Shown one piece after another: positions 1 through 10,203 of a stretch of DNA of 64,000 nucleotides; position 1 is the first letter of the stretch; each line of letters begins with the position of its first letter. Under the pieces are notes generated by a model. It searched no databases and was not told the origin of the DNA. It worked only from the letters and a program-made list of their open reading frames with translations. The DNA lies in contig NW_003314343.1 in NCBI RefSeq assembly GCF_000143415.4, positions 372,813 through 436,812 on the forward strand. The letters are read 5' to 3'. Source of the DNA: Selaginella moellendorffii (lineage: Eukaryota > Plantae > Lycopodiophyta). A program made the position numbers and the translations under genes.

Positions 1-40
1 TTAGTTTGAAAAGTCAAGCAAAAACAGGAGCGACAGATAC

Positions 41-360
41 CTGTCAATCCTATCCCGTAGCTTGGACAAGAACAGCTCGTTGTCTTCTTCGCCAATCCCA
101 ATTATCGTCTGCACAATCCTCTGCTTGTGCTCAACACCGAGCTTTGAAAGATCGACCTGTTCAAGCCTGCTACCCGACACATCTTTGAGAATTGATGTTC
201 TCAACCGGTTGTAAGTAGGCAGCTTCTCAAGTGCGGCCCACAGCAGTGCTTCCTCCTCATTTAGTTGTCTCTCACGAGTCGACGACCGTGAGAAGACCGT
301 GCCTTCTCTCCGGGAGCTCCTCGTGAGCGGGTTGTTCCAGAGAGGATTGTCCGTTGACAT
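41..360 (-). CDS. PDR: Pleiotropic drug resistance (full-size ABCG) transporter, exon 1; gene continues off the left edge
   Basis: EEEALLWAALEKLPTYNRLR...EEDNELFLSKLRDRIDR is the typical plant PDR N-terminus; donor AG|GTATCT at 41/40. Confidence 0.93.
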
Positions 361-730
361 TTGTGGTTAGGAAACGAGATCCAGAATTATCTATCGTCCC
401 TGGATCAAGAAACACTTCACACAGATTTGAATCAACTCCAAAGAGTACCTCTTGATAGCGGCAGTGCATTATGTTCCTCCGGAGTCACCGATGGTTCTTT
501 CAAACTATAGGACAAGAGAGCCAACCAGTCTCGTCGCCGCCGCAGTATGGAAATCAATATCCTGCTTGTCGTTTCCGACCGACTGACTGACTAGCTACAA
601 TGCGGCAGCAGTGGGGTCAAGTCTTTGGTAGAGAACGAAAAGAATGAAATAAGAACAGATAAAAAACACGAAGTTCGCGAGACCAGCAAGCAGTGAAAAC
701 AAACAAACAAACAAACCTGTCTGCTCAAAG

Positions 731-1404
731 TCAAGGGCCGGCGCCGTGGGCCTTGTATGGAAGCTCGCATGCCGGTTCGTGGCCTTTGGATTTATGGACA
801 CCATTTCCAAGCGTCTCGGACACACTCTTACACCGGCATTGGAGCCCGGGACGTATCACGTTTCCATACACCGCCATCTCCACCAGGTCCAGCTCTCGCG
901 CTGCCAAAACAAACAAGATATGCTGTGTGTATAGATTCACTGCGGAAGCTCAAGAGAAGGAAGAACACCAACCTGTGAACTTGAGATCACAAGAGTACTG
1001 CTGGAGTAGATGTTCGTCAGCGTCTTTGTTGCTCTTCAAGCGATTGACACGCGACTGCAAAATCTGGCAGTTGCTCACATCGGTCTCTCCTCCTGTATCC
1101 AAAAATTCACGCACAAAATTACAATGTGGCTGCGAGTGAGGAAGAGGAAGCAAAAGATCGAGAAGGAACCTTTGGAGAAGGGGCGAATGTGATCAAACTC
1201 GTAGCACATACAGCCCTCGCATCCAATGAACTTGCGGCACACCACATTTCCAGCTCCATCCTTGCGCCATCGCTCCGGATGCCGCCCGGGAACCACCTCC
1301 GCCTTCTCCCAGCACTGGCGGCGCATCTTCTCGTCGAAAAGCCGCAGCTTCCGCGCGGCATTGTCCGGCAGAGGCGACGAGGAGGACGAGGTTGCCTCCT
1401 CCAT
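731..1404 (-). CDS. Plant HNH endonuclease-domain protein, 3 exons (1404-1170, 1092-973, 900-731)
   Basis: Spliced product CWEKAEVVPGRHPERWRKD...YEFDHIRPFSKGGETDVSNCQILQSRVNRLK...ELDLVEMAVYGNV; GT-AG introns keep the frame. Confidence 0.88.
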
Positions 1405-1464
1405 CAAAATAAAACACTCTCAATCAAGAACCCTAAAATCAATGTCTCACTTTAGGTGGAGAAT

Positions 1465-1600
1465 CTAGTCTGTGGCGCATTGATTCCCAGCCGGAGCTTC
1501 TCCGGATCGTACTCCATCCACAGATTTTGCTGCCGATGATGTTGCGCCGCGCGTCTGGAACGCCAGGCATAGTGTCGTGTGCTCCTCGCTGCTGCTCAAA
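1465..1600 (-). pseudogene. Remnant C-terminus of an aspartic protease (paralog of 33463-34998) with the gene body deleted
   Basis: SSSEEHTTLCLAF...QCATD* matches SSSEEQTTLCLAF...QCATD*; flanks match 33400-33460 and 35100-35400. Confidence 0.85.
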
Positions 1601-1904
1601 TTGAGCGCATTGTTTGCTTTGTCTTCTAGAAGCAACTTAAGTTGGAAGCCATGCTTAACATCTGAGATTGACACGATCACAAGGTGGAAGATTCTACTTC
1701 CTTAGTGCAAGCGTAAGAAATCCAGGACTCGCCAGGAAAAGATGGAAGTTCCATCTATGATATCTCTCATAAGGTACTTGTGATCTTTCACATTCTATCT
1801 GTGGTTTTTGTGATCAAATGGAAGCCATTCGTCACAAGGAAAAGGCAAGCTTTCTTTCTTTGCTCTAACTTGTGCATACTTCGTTTCGATCGAGCAGCAA
1901 GATC

Positions 1905-2354
1905 ATGGGCGTAAAGAAGGACGTTTTGATCATCTGTGCGGTGGTGGTGGCGATGGTAGCAGCAGGAGTGCAGGGCGTGAAGCTACTCTCGGGGCTGTGC
2001 AGCGACGAGTCCATCCCAGAGGGGAGCACTTACTGGAACAGCCTCAATGCGACGCTGGCGGATCTCGTCCAGAACACTCCCACCGCCGCCAACATGACTT
2101 ACAGCACCAACAAGGGAGTGGAGGGCGACGTCCCCGCCTATGGCCAGGCGCAGTGCCTCCGCAACGCCACCACCAACGTCCTCCCAAGCCAGGACTCGTG
2201 CAGAGGCTGCATCGAAGACATCATCGCCAAGGCATGGCTGGACTGTGTCGACGCCATCGCTGTGGATGTCAAGCTCAACGACGATTGCACGCTGCGCTAC
2301 CAGGACTCTCCATTGCTCCCGGATGTGATCCAGGGAGAAAGAGATCTTCCATAA
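1905..2354 (+). CDS. Single-domain DUF26/Gnk2 cysteine-rich secreted protein
   Basis: Signal peptide; YWNSLNATLADL, YGQAQC-x14-C-x2-C, CTLRY motifs. Confidence 0.85.
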   Translation: MGVKKDVLIICAVVVAMVAAGVQGVKLLSGLCSDESIPEGSTYWNSLNATLADLVQNTPTAANMTYSTNKGVEGDVPAYGQAQCLRNATTNVLPSQDSCRGCIEDIIAKAWLDCVDAIAVDVKLNDDCTLRYQDSPLLPDVIQGERDLP

Positions 2355-2974
2355 AAGTCTGCAGCCATATTATAGACCTTAGCAAGTTCGTTGAAGCAAA
2401 AGTGCAGATCCTTGCTACTTACGTAGTGTGTTCACATATAAGTTAGAGTTTCTTGCAGTGCTTGTGTAGTACCACTTCCACCACACGAGGATTTGCTGCA
2501 CAGTTAACACGTTAGGTGGAACCCCCGCGAAGAGGTTTCACATGATAGAAATGAAGTACCATGAAATGCCGGCGACATTCTTGAGTATCCCTGCAATGCA
2601 AGTTTGTTATGGTATGAAGTAAGCAAGGAAATCGTGTACCTTTAGGAAGCGGCAGTGAACCGAAAGCTGATACGGAGGATTTCTCCAGTATTACCAGTAC
2701 AGGCATGCTTTGAACTTGGGAGAATGTTGACGTGAAGTGCCAAGTCCTTAGAACCAGGACAGTGGAAGTCCATCTCCGGAGTCGACAATAGACTATGGAC
2801 CAGCCAGTCTTGGTGTAACCTCGCTCGTCGTCTCCGAGTGACCGACTTCAAGTCTTTGGTATAGAACAGAAAAAACGAAGCAAGTCTTTGGTATAGAACA
2901 GAAAAAATGAAGTAAGAAGAACAGAAAAAGACCTGTGTGTCCAAAGTCAAGGACTGCTGCCGTGGTCGAAGCTT

Positions 2975-3452
2975 GCTTTCACCCCCTTAGACTCAAACTC
3001 AGACTCGGACTCGGGCTTAGGCTCGGTCTCGGCCTCGGCCTCAGTCCCGGTCTTGGTCCCGGTCTCGGTCTCGGTCTTGATCTAGACTTTGGACTCTATC
3101 TCGGGTCTTTCTTGGACTCCATCTCAGGTCCTTCTCGGATTCCATCTTGGACTCCATCTCGGGTCCATCTCAGGTCCATTTCGGGTCCATCTTAGACTCC
3201 ATTTCGGGTCCATCTCAGACTTCATTTTGGTCCATCTCGGACTCCATCTTGGGTCCTTTTGTGTCCCTTTTCTAGAGACTCATTTATTGCTTGTTTTGTG
3301 TTTGTTCCTCAAACACTTTGTTGGGAGTTCCATTCCCGCTCTTGACCTTTCAAGTCGGAGCTTTTAGTCCAAACGTATTATGTTCGTTTGGCTTTCACTT
3401 CAGCCACTACCACGTGGCACCCTTTTGGCGCCTAGGGATTTTGTGTCTCACA
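2975..3452 (-). mobile_element. 5' fragment of a family-A LTR
   Basis: Reverse complement begins TGTGAGACACAAAATCCCTAGG and carries the GAGATGGA(C/G)(C/T)CC repeats seen at 42647. Confidence 0.9.
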
Positions 3453-4451
3453 ATTAGGTCTAAGTGTATAACTATGATCTTATATACTTATACACTAAAA
3501 TTAGTGTGGTGGGATTTTGATAGTGGTCAGATTGGTTTCAATCTGGACCAATCTAGGGTTTTTAGGTTAATTAATATGCACATTTTTGTATTTCATATTT
3601 ATATATATTTTTATAAGAATTTTATTTTTATATCATACAGGATAAATAGGAAAAATATTAAATATATCTGTCAATTTTATTGCAAAACCAAACCTTCAGA
3701 GGAGTAAGTGGTCCTATCAGGATCTCTCTTATCAATCTATATGGGTGAGTCTTAAACACCATGGAAGTCCAAGATGTGATACTATGGGGTTTGCTGCACC
3801 CCACAGTCAGCTAGACAATGTGCTGCTGCTCGTCACAATGCAACACAGAGTTGAACTGAGTGGTCATCTCAGCTTGTAATATTTACTGAAGATGATCCAA
3901 GGTCAAGAGCATTGGACCGCTGGCCTGGATGATGATGCTTACGGGTTACAACAATCTTATACTTTTTACTGTAACTGCTGATACTAAGTTGGTCTCCTGC
4001 TGATGTTTAGTGCTCCTTTGTTGACCCCATAGTTGACCCTTGAACAACTGCTGCTGTGGTGGTGGCACTGTCGCTGGCGGCGATTGGGGTTCAAACGTAG
4101 CCTGCAACTCCTCCTCCAATTGCTGCTCGAGCTGCTCCAATCGGTGGTCAAAAATCTTAACAAGAAAGAAGAGGAAACAAAAGAAAAGAAGCTTCATGCT
4201 GCTAGATTGTCTCTTAACTCAGAACCCAAAAAGTGCTTCCCTTTTTCAATCTACAAGCTCTGGCATCGTCTTGATGGCACCACCACCACCACCTGCACAG
4301 TCGGGATCAAATACTCGGCACCTCAAATTCTCACTGCTGGCAGCATCTTGTACAGCCTCAAGTACCTTGCCCGGGTGGCAAACTGCCTAAACGCCTCCTT
4401 TAGCGACAAAAAATGAATGTGATCAGGATTCCACGGTGAGAAAGGTGAAAA

Positions 4452-4832
4452 GCACAGAGAGAGCTCCAACATAATACCTGCGAGTGGATCCATGAAAGGA
4501 GTTGGTTTTTGCAATGAAGAAGAAGAGAAAGGACATTGAAAATTTTACTGGACTCTAGTGATCTGCGAGAATGTGGCTGTCTTTTTGAGAAAGATCGTGG
4601 AAGCCATGCCAGGGATCTTGATTGGAATGGATTGAGTTTGCTTGTTGGTGACCATGAGGGCGAGCGCAATGACAATCAGCACCAGCATGAGCACTTGCAG
4701 CACCAGCACCGAGATCTTCATCTCAGCAACGCTCCTGTGGGCTTGGAGCATCCGCAACAACCATAGCTCTCTTCTATACTCGCTCGCTGCAACTGGAACG
4801 TTTCCTGGGCTTGGAGCATTCGCAACACCCAT
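4452..4832 (-). pseudogene. CASPL: CASP-like membrane protein, exon 1 plus the start of exon 2, then truncated
   Basis: LVLIVIALALMVTNKQTQSIPIKIPG...ATFSQIT; splicing (CA|GT...CAG|G, exon 2 from 4477) gives VQYYVGALSV, after which similarity is lost. Confidence 0.7.
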
Positions 4833-4967
4833 ATACACTCGCTCGCTGCAAAGTGATCTAATTCCAACTTTGGCGTTGTGCAAGATGGTGATAAGTTAAG
4901 CTAAGCTAAGCTATCTTAGAGATTGATTGAGTGATGTGCTGGCTATGTGTGGAACAAAAACGAAGTG

Positions 4968-6086
4968 AGAGAGTTTTCAATTTGGGGAATAACTTTTAGT
5001 TGATTGATTGAGTTGCAAAATGTGATCACTGTGACAAAAACAGAATCTCTCATTTTTTGGGTTAGAGCATATTTGATCCAAAATAACATTGGGCTTCCAC
5101 AGCGTGGACCAATATGCCCAAGCCTGGCATCAGGGGGCCGCACTTCTTTTGTTCAAGGCTGAGGCAAGGGAGGTGACCATCATCAAGGCACTCATGGCGT
5201 GTTCTGCCATCTCAGGGATTGTGAGGTAAACATGCTGGTGAGCATGGTGGAAGCTTGCTTGCATCACAATCTTGGCTTGCTCTAGGTACCAGCACTGCAA
5301 GGCCGACATTCTATCTCACTGTCAGGATCGTTCTCAATATCTCACTCTCAGGATCGTTCACAATATCTCACTCTCAGGATCATTCTCAATGCTTGCGCTC
5401 GGGTTGAAGCTCTGGAGTGATCCACAAGAGCTTGGTGCAAAGTGGCATGACCACCCTGAACTACACTGTTGGGAGCCCCGGCCTGGCCAAATTTTTGGGC
5501 ATCCACGAGAGCTTACAGTCTCGACAAATGCACAAGAGCCAGGGTGATAAGATGAAAGTTCACAAAAAAAGAAGATTGCTGCTAGATCAAGGCTAGGGCT
5601 GCTGATCAGTGGTCATAGTAGCAGCAATCTACACTCCAAATTAGACAATCATATGATTACATACCTTCATCTTTCAGAGTATGATAGACATTTCTACTGT
5701 GCTGGCCACAGCAGGAACAACAAATGATGATACCAATCCACTGATCATGCTGGTGATGGTGCTGGTGATGGTCCCCATCCCCTGTGGTGGTGGTGGTGAG
5801 GACAGTGGCAGTGGTATAGATGGTCGTGGTGATCGTGGTGACGACGGTGGCGACAGTCGTGGTGGCCATGGTGGTAATGGTGGCAATCGTGTCTCTTCAC
5901 CTAGCATGCTCTCCTCAACCATGGACGGTTCCTCAACCATTGGACACATTTTCTCACCTATAGCCTCTTGAACAAGCCGGTGAACCTCCACCAGGACCAG
6001 TGGCGGCAGCGGCAACTGCTTCAACAGCTCTTGTAATTGCTGTTCTACCACCACCAATCGCTACTCAAGGAGCACCAAACGGTGGG
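4968..6086. repeat. Left arm of a diverged long inverted repeat (repeat X): PPR-like remnant on + and degenerate coiled-coil/Pro-rich ORF on -
   Basis: Collinear with the reverse complement of 9304-10203; further copies at 56660-57330, 58010-58928 and 61370-64000. Confidence 0.8.
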
Positions 6087-6259
6087 ATATGAAATCCTCA
6101 CTCTGAAATAGAGGAGGAAACAGTAGCAGGAGGAGAATAAGAAGATTCATGATCTCTCACCGCTTTGCTAGATCCACCCCAAGAGCCCTAATTAATAAAA
6201 CTTTAGCTCGATTCCCCTTTGCAATGCTTTTGCCTTGTTGCTAATGCTGTTGCCGCTGG

Positions 6260-8546
6260 TGGAATGCCCGGGTGTTGCAAGGAGTTCATGGCATTCCAGC
6301 TGCTCCACACTTTCTCCAGCATACACGACACGATCACTTGCCTCGACTGGAGCCCCGACGGCAATTGGATCATCTGCGGCTGCAAGGACTTGGTGAGGAT
6401 TTTCAGGCTCCAGAGCAATGCAGAGGGATACAGGCCAGTCATGCTCTCTGCACACTGCAACGTTGTCAATGTTCACCCCTAGGATGGCGTGCTGTGTCAC
6501 TGGGGGCTCAAAAGCTTCCATCTCCCATGCTCGATGGTGGTGGCGATCAAGGAAAGTTGAGGAAGACGTAGCTTCGCAAGGTATTTGCTTGGATCACTTG
6601 ACTTCTTGGTTTCACACACTTACCAATCAGGAAGAATCCGATGGCCAGCAAACGGAGCTACGTCCGGATAAAGGGCAGTGGGAGCTTGTCAAGCAGCACT
6701 TGTTCCACTGGAAGGATCTCGTCGTGCGACTCAACATCCTGGTTGCCGGGTTCTTGTCTGGAGTGTTTGGCATCTACCAAGTCCCCGACCGTATGTGCAT
6801 GCGTCTGCTATCCATCTCCAAAGAGAAGATAAGCACCGCAGTATTCAGCAGGACCGGAAAACTACTTCAACGTCAACTGTGTTGCATATTCACCGGATTC
6901 GCAGCTGATTGCCAGCGGCACCGATGACAACAAAGTAAAGGTCTGGCTGTGATGACTCTCTTCTTGCACCGTCGCTTATGCCTTTCTCGTGTGTTGCAGT
7001 TGTGGAATGCTGCGTCTGAATCCTGTTTCGTCAGCATGAGCACACAAATGCAGTGGCTGGCTGCAGTGTTGTTCTTGGCGGGAAGTAATGCTGTTCTCGA
7101 TGGTCCTGTACGTGCATGGGATCTGATGTGCTATCGAACCTTCACCACGCCCAGTTTGTGTCATTGGCTGCAGACCAAAGTGGAGAGATCATCTGTGCTG
7201 GAACACCCATTCCAGGTATCTATTCGCTTTCTACTCGCTTTCCTTTTCTCGATTCATTTCAAGCTTTACTGCTCTTGCTAGATATACGTTTGGCCCCGTC
7301 CTCAGTGGTCACAAGGGACAGGTTCATGGTCTGGCCTCTTCTCCTACAGACGTGTGTACTCCTACGGGACAATCCTTTCCATTTTCTAACACGTCTTGAC
7401 AGGAGTTCTTGGCTTCCTCGTCACGGGACAAAACCGTGCGCCTGTGGATGTGTTTGAAGGCAAGGGCGGGGTTGAAACCTTCACCCATATGCATGACGTG
7501 CTCACCGTGGTTTACCGCCCGGACGGAAAGCAACTGGGCTGCTCAACACTTGATGGTCAGATCCACTTCTGGGACCCGATTGACGGAGTGCTAATGGGCA
7601 CGATAGAAGGCAGGCGTGACGTTGCAGAAGGGAGATTGATGAGCGATAGAAGAACGGCCGCTAACTCGAGCTCGGGCAAATGCTTTACGACCATGTCTTA
7701 CTCAGCCGATGGCAGCCTACTGCTTGCTGGAGGAACCAGCAAGTACATTTGCATGTACGATGCCACGAACCAGGTAATTATCACGCACAAGCTCGCTTGG
7801 CTTTCATGCTTGCGAGATATCGTCTGTGCAGGCTTTGCTATCTCACAACTATTCGTTGGATGGTGTTCTGGACTTTCTAAACTCGAAGAGAATCTGATCG
7901 ATGACTATGAAAGGACGGTGTCGATGATCAAGTTGGAGGCAAGTTGGCGCAGGACGCTGCGAGGCCAATTATATGAACCAAGTGCGTCAGGATATCTCCA
8001 ACTGGCAGCAGCGGCAACAACGGAAAGCCTAGTCAATGGACAACCTTGTTTATGATCCCACCGATCTCGATGTGGATGTCACACCGGAGGTATGATTGGT
8101 GTTTACGAGCGCACTGGATGTGAAGCTTTTTGTTGCCTTTTGTGTAGGCAATCAATGATGCACTGGAAAGCAAGCGTTATTCACGAGCACTGATGCTGGC
8201 ACTCCGGTTGAACGAGCCGCTGCTGATTCAGAAATGTGTGGAGGCCGTTGCGATCAGTGGTGTTGTCTGCAACATTTCACTTTCGCACCTTGGAGATGAA
8301 CTTGCGCAGTACCTCGAGAAGACACCTCATTTGGAGTTCTTACTGGTAAGTATCAAGTTAGAAGAAAAGATGTACTAAGTTGGCTTTGCTACAGGAGCTT
8401 TGCAATGGCAGAACAATCCAGTCAAGGAACAGGGAGCTCATGCCCGTTCTCAAGTCCCTATCTTGCAGCAACAACCGCCTCCAAAAATGACTACCTTCTC
8501 CATTACCTATGCTCGGCCCCAACTAACAAAGCTTGAACTTGTATGA
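6260..8546 (+). pseudogene. PWP2: PWP2/UTP1 WD40 protein pseudogene (retains introns; many deletions and frameshifts)
   Basis: QFVSLAADQSGEIICAGT, DVLTVVYRPDGKQL, TIEGRRDV.EGRLMSDRRTAANS, DPTDLDVDVTPE, LALRLNE, TPHLEFLL lie in different frames. Confidence 0.9.
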
Positions 8547-9292
8547 TAACGGACGCGCTGCTCAGGCTTGAGAACTAAGGTGAAGTTATTTTTTCTTTTA
8601 TTTGAATGTGAACCAAACAATTTCACAAAACGGAGGTGGGATCGTTGCTGAGAGAATGGAGCTCCTCCGTGCCTTGGAAAAGGAATAACAACAGCAGTGA
8701 GCTTTACAGTAGTGCTGCTTTAATTTGCTCCTTGAGTGCTTGCCTGGCGGCAGAATCCATCTGACACGAGCAAGACGAAGAGGAGATCAGAGCTAAACGG
8801 CAGACAAAGTCGAGATGTACGTTGACAGCACGGCTGCTCGAGGCCGAGGGAGTAGCTGAGATAAAGTTCCGGAGGGAGGAACCACCACCCAGGGCCGCCT
8901 CGAAGCTTGCCACTCCGGGGCACGGGACACTGATAGGTGGGGAGGTGCTCGATGATGGTGGATCCGGCTTGCAAAACTCCCTTGAAGAAATCTCTTTGGC
9001 CACCTGAGAAGCCGGAGCCACCACTCTCTCCTGCGAGTCTAGCTGTCCATGGGGATCACTTGCATGGCCGGCTGTGTCTCCACCGTGATAAACCAAGCGC
9101 CGCCACCCTCAGAGTTGTATACTCCGGCCAGGCGTCCGGGACCGTCCTGGGCTGCCAGGATCGAAGCCCGCCACCTCTGGCCAGTTGACTTGAGATTGCC
9201 GCATATGTATCCTTTTTGGTGCCACAAGCACCAAAAAAGATTGCATCAAGATAAAATACTATTATTTTAGGGCTTTCGGGAAAGGTTTAGGT

Positions 9293-9778
9293 ATGGTGCT
9301 TTACCACCGAGTGACGCTCCTTGAGCAACGATTGGCAGTGGTGGAGCAGCGACTCCAAGAGCTATTGAAGCAATTGCCGCCGATGCCGCCACCGCAGCTG
9401 CCTCCTCCTTTGCTGCTGTCGACGCCACTGCCGCTAGTCCAGGAGTTTATGGCAGAGTTGGTCTCGCTGGTCCGGGAGTCTATGGGTGAGGAGATGTGTC
9501 CACGATCATTGGGTTCCATGGATGAGGAGCCATCCATGGTTGAGGAGAGCATGCTGGGTGAGGGGACACAATTGCCACCACTGCCACTGTCCTCACCACC
9601 ACCGTCACCATCACCACCACCACAGGGGACAAAGAATAACACAGGGACTAACACCAGCACCAGGACCACCATCACCAGCATCATAACTGGATTGGGATCA
9701 TCAATTCTTCTTCCTTTTATCGCCAACATAGTAGGAACGTTTATAGGAACGTTTATGATATTAAAAGTATATAATTAG
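9293..9778 (+). CDS. Orphan 161-aa ORF: N-terminal coiled coil, Pro-rich middle, C-terminal hydrophobic anchor
   Basis: ATG-to-stop open frame; only intact member of a family with about 10 copies in this window. Expression unknown. Confidence 0.4.
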   Translation: MVLYHRVTLLEQRLAVVEQRLQELLKQLPPMPPPQLPPPLLLSTPLPLVQEFMAELVSLVRESMGEEMCPRSLGSMDEEPSMVEESMLGEGTQLPPLPLSSPPPSPSPPPQGTKNNTGTNTSTRTTITSIITGLGSSILLPFIANIVGTFIGTFMILKVYN

Positions 9779-10203
9779 AACCTTTCTCATGGATGCTCGA
9801 AACTTTAAGAACAAGGACATGATGCTGCTGGGGCTCCCAACAGCGTAGTTCAAGGTGGTCATCCCACTTGCGTTGAGAACAATCCCGAGAGTGCCTTGTA
9901 GCGCTGGTACCCTCCTTGGTATCGAGCAAGCTTCCACCATGCTCACCAGCGTGTTTGCCTCACAATCCTCTGAGATGGTGGAACATGCTGTGAGCGCCTT
10001 GATGATGGTCACCTCCTTGGCCTCAGCCTTGAACAAAAGAAGTGTGGCCCCCTTGATGCCTCCGTCCACGCCACAGCTCCACAATGTTATTTTGGAAGAT
10101 AAGCATGAATATGCTCTAACCCAAAAAATGAGCCCTTCTGTGTGATCGCATTTTGCAGATCAATCAATCAACTAAGGGCTGTTCCCCAAATCCAAAACTC
10201 TCT
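9304..10203. repeat. Right arm of the long inverted repeat X
   Basis: 10081-10203 is the reverse complement of about 4968-5090; 9780-10050 of about 5130-5510. Confidence 0.8.

Noticed and set aside
8600-9270. Short GC-rich ORFs between the PWP2 pseudogene and repeat X
   Set aside because: No recognisable domain or consistent frame; probably a decayed gene fragment I cannot identify.
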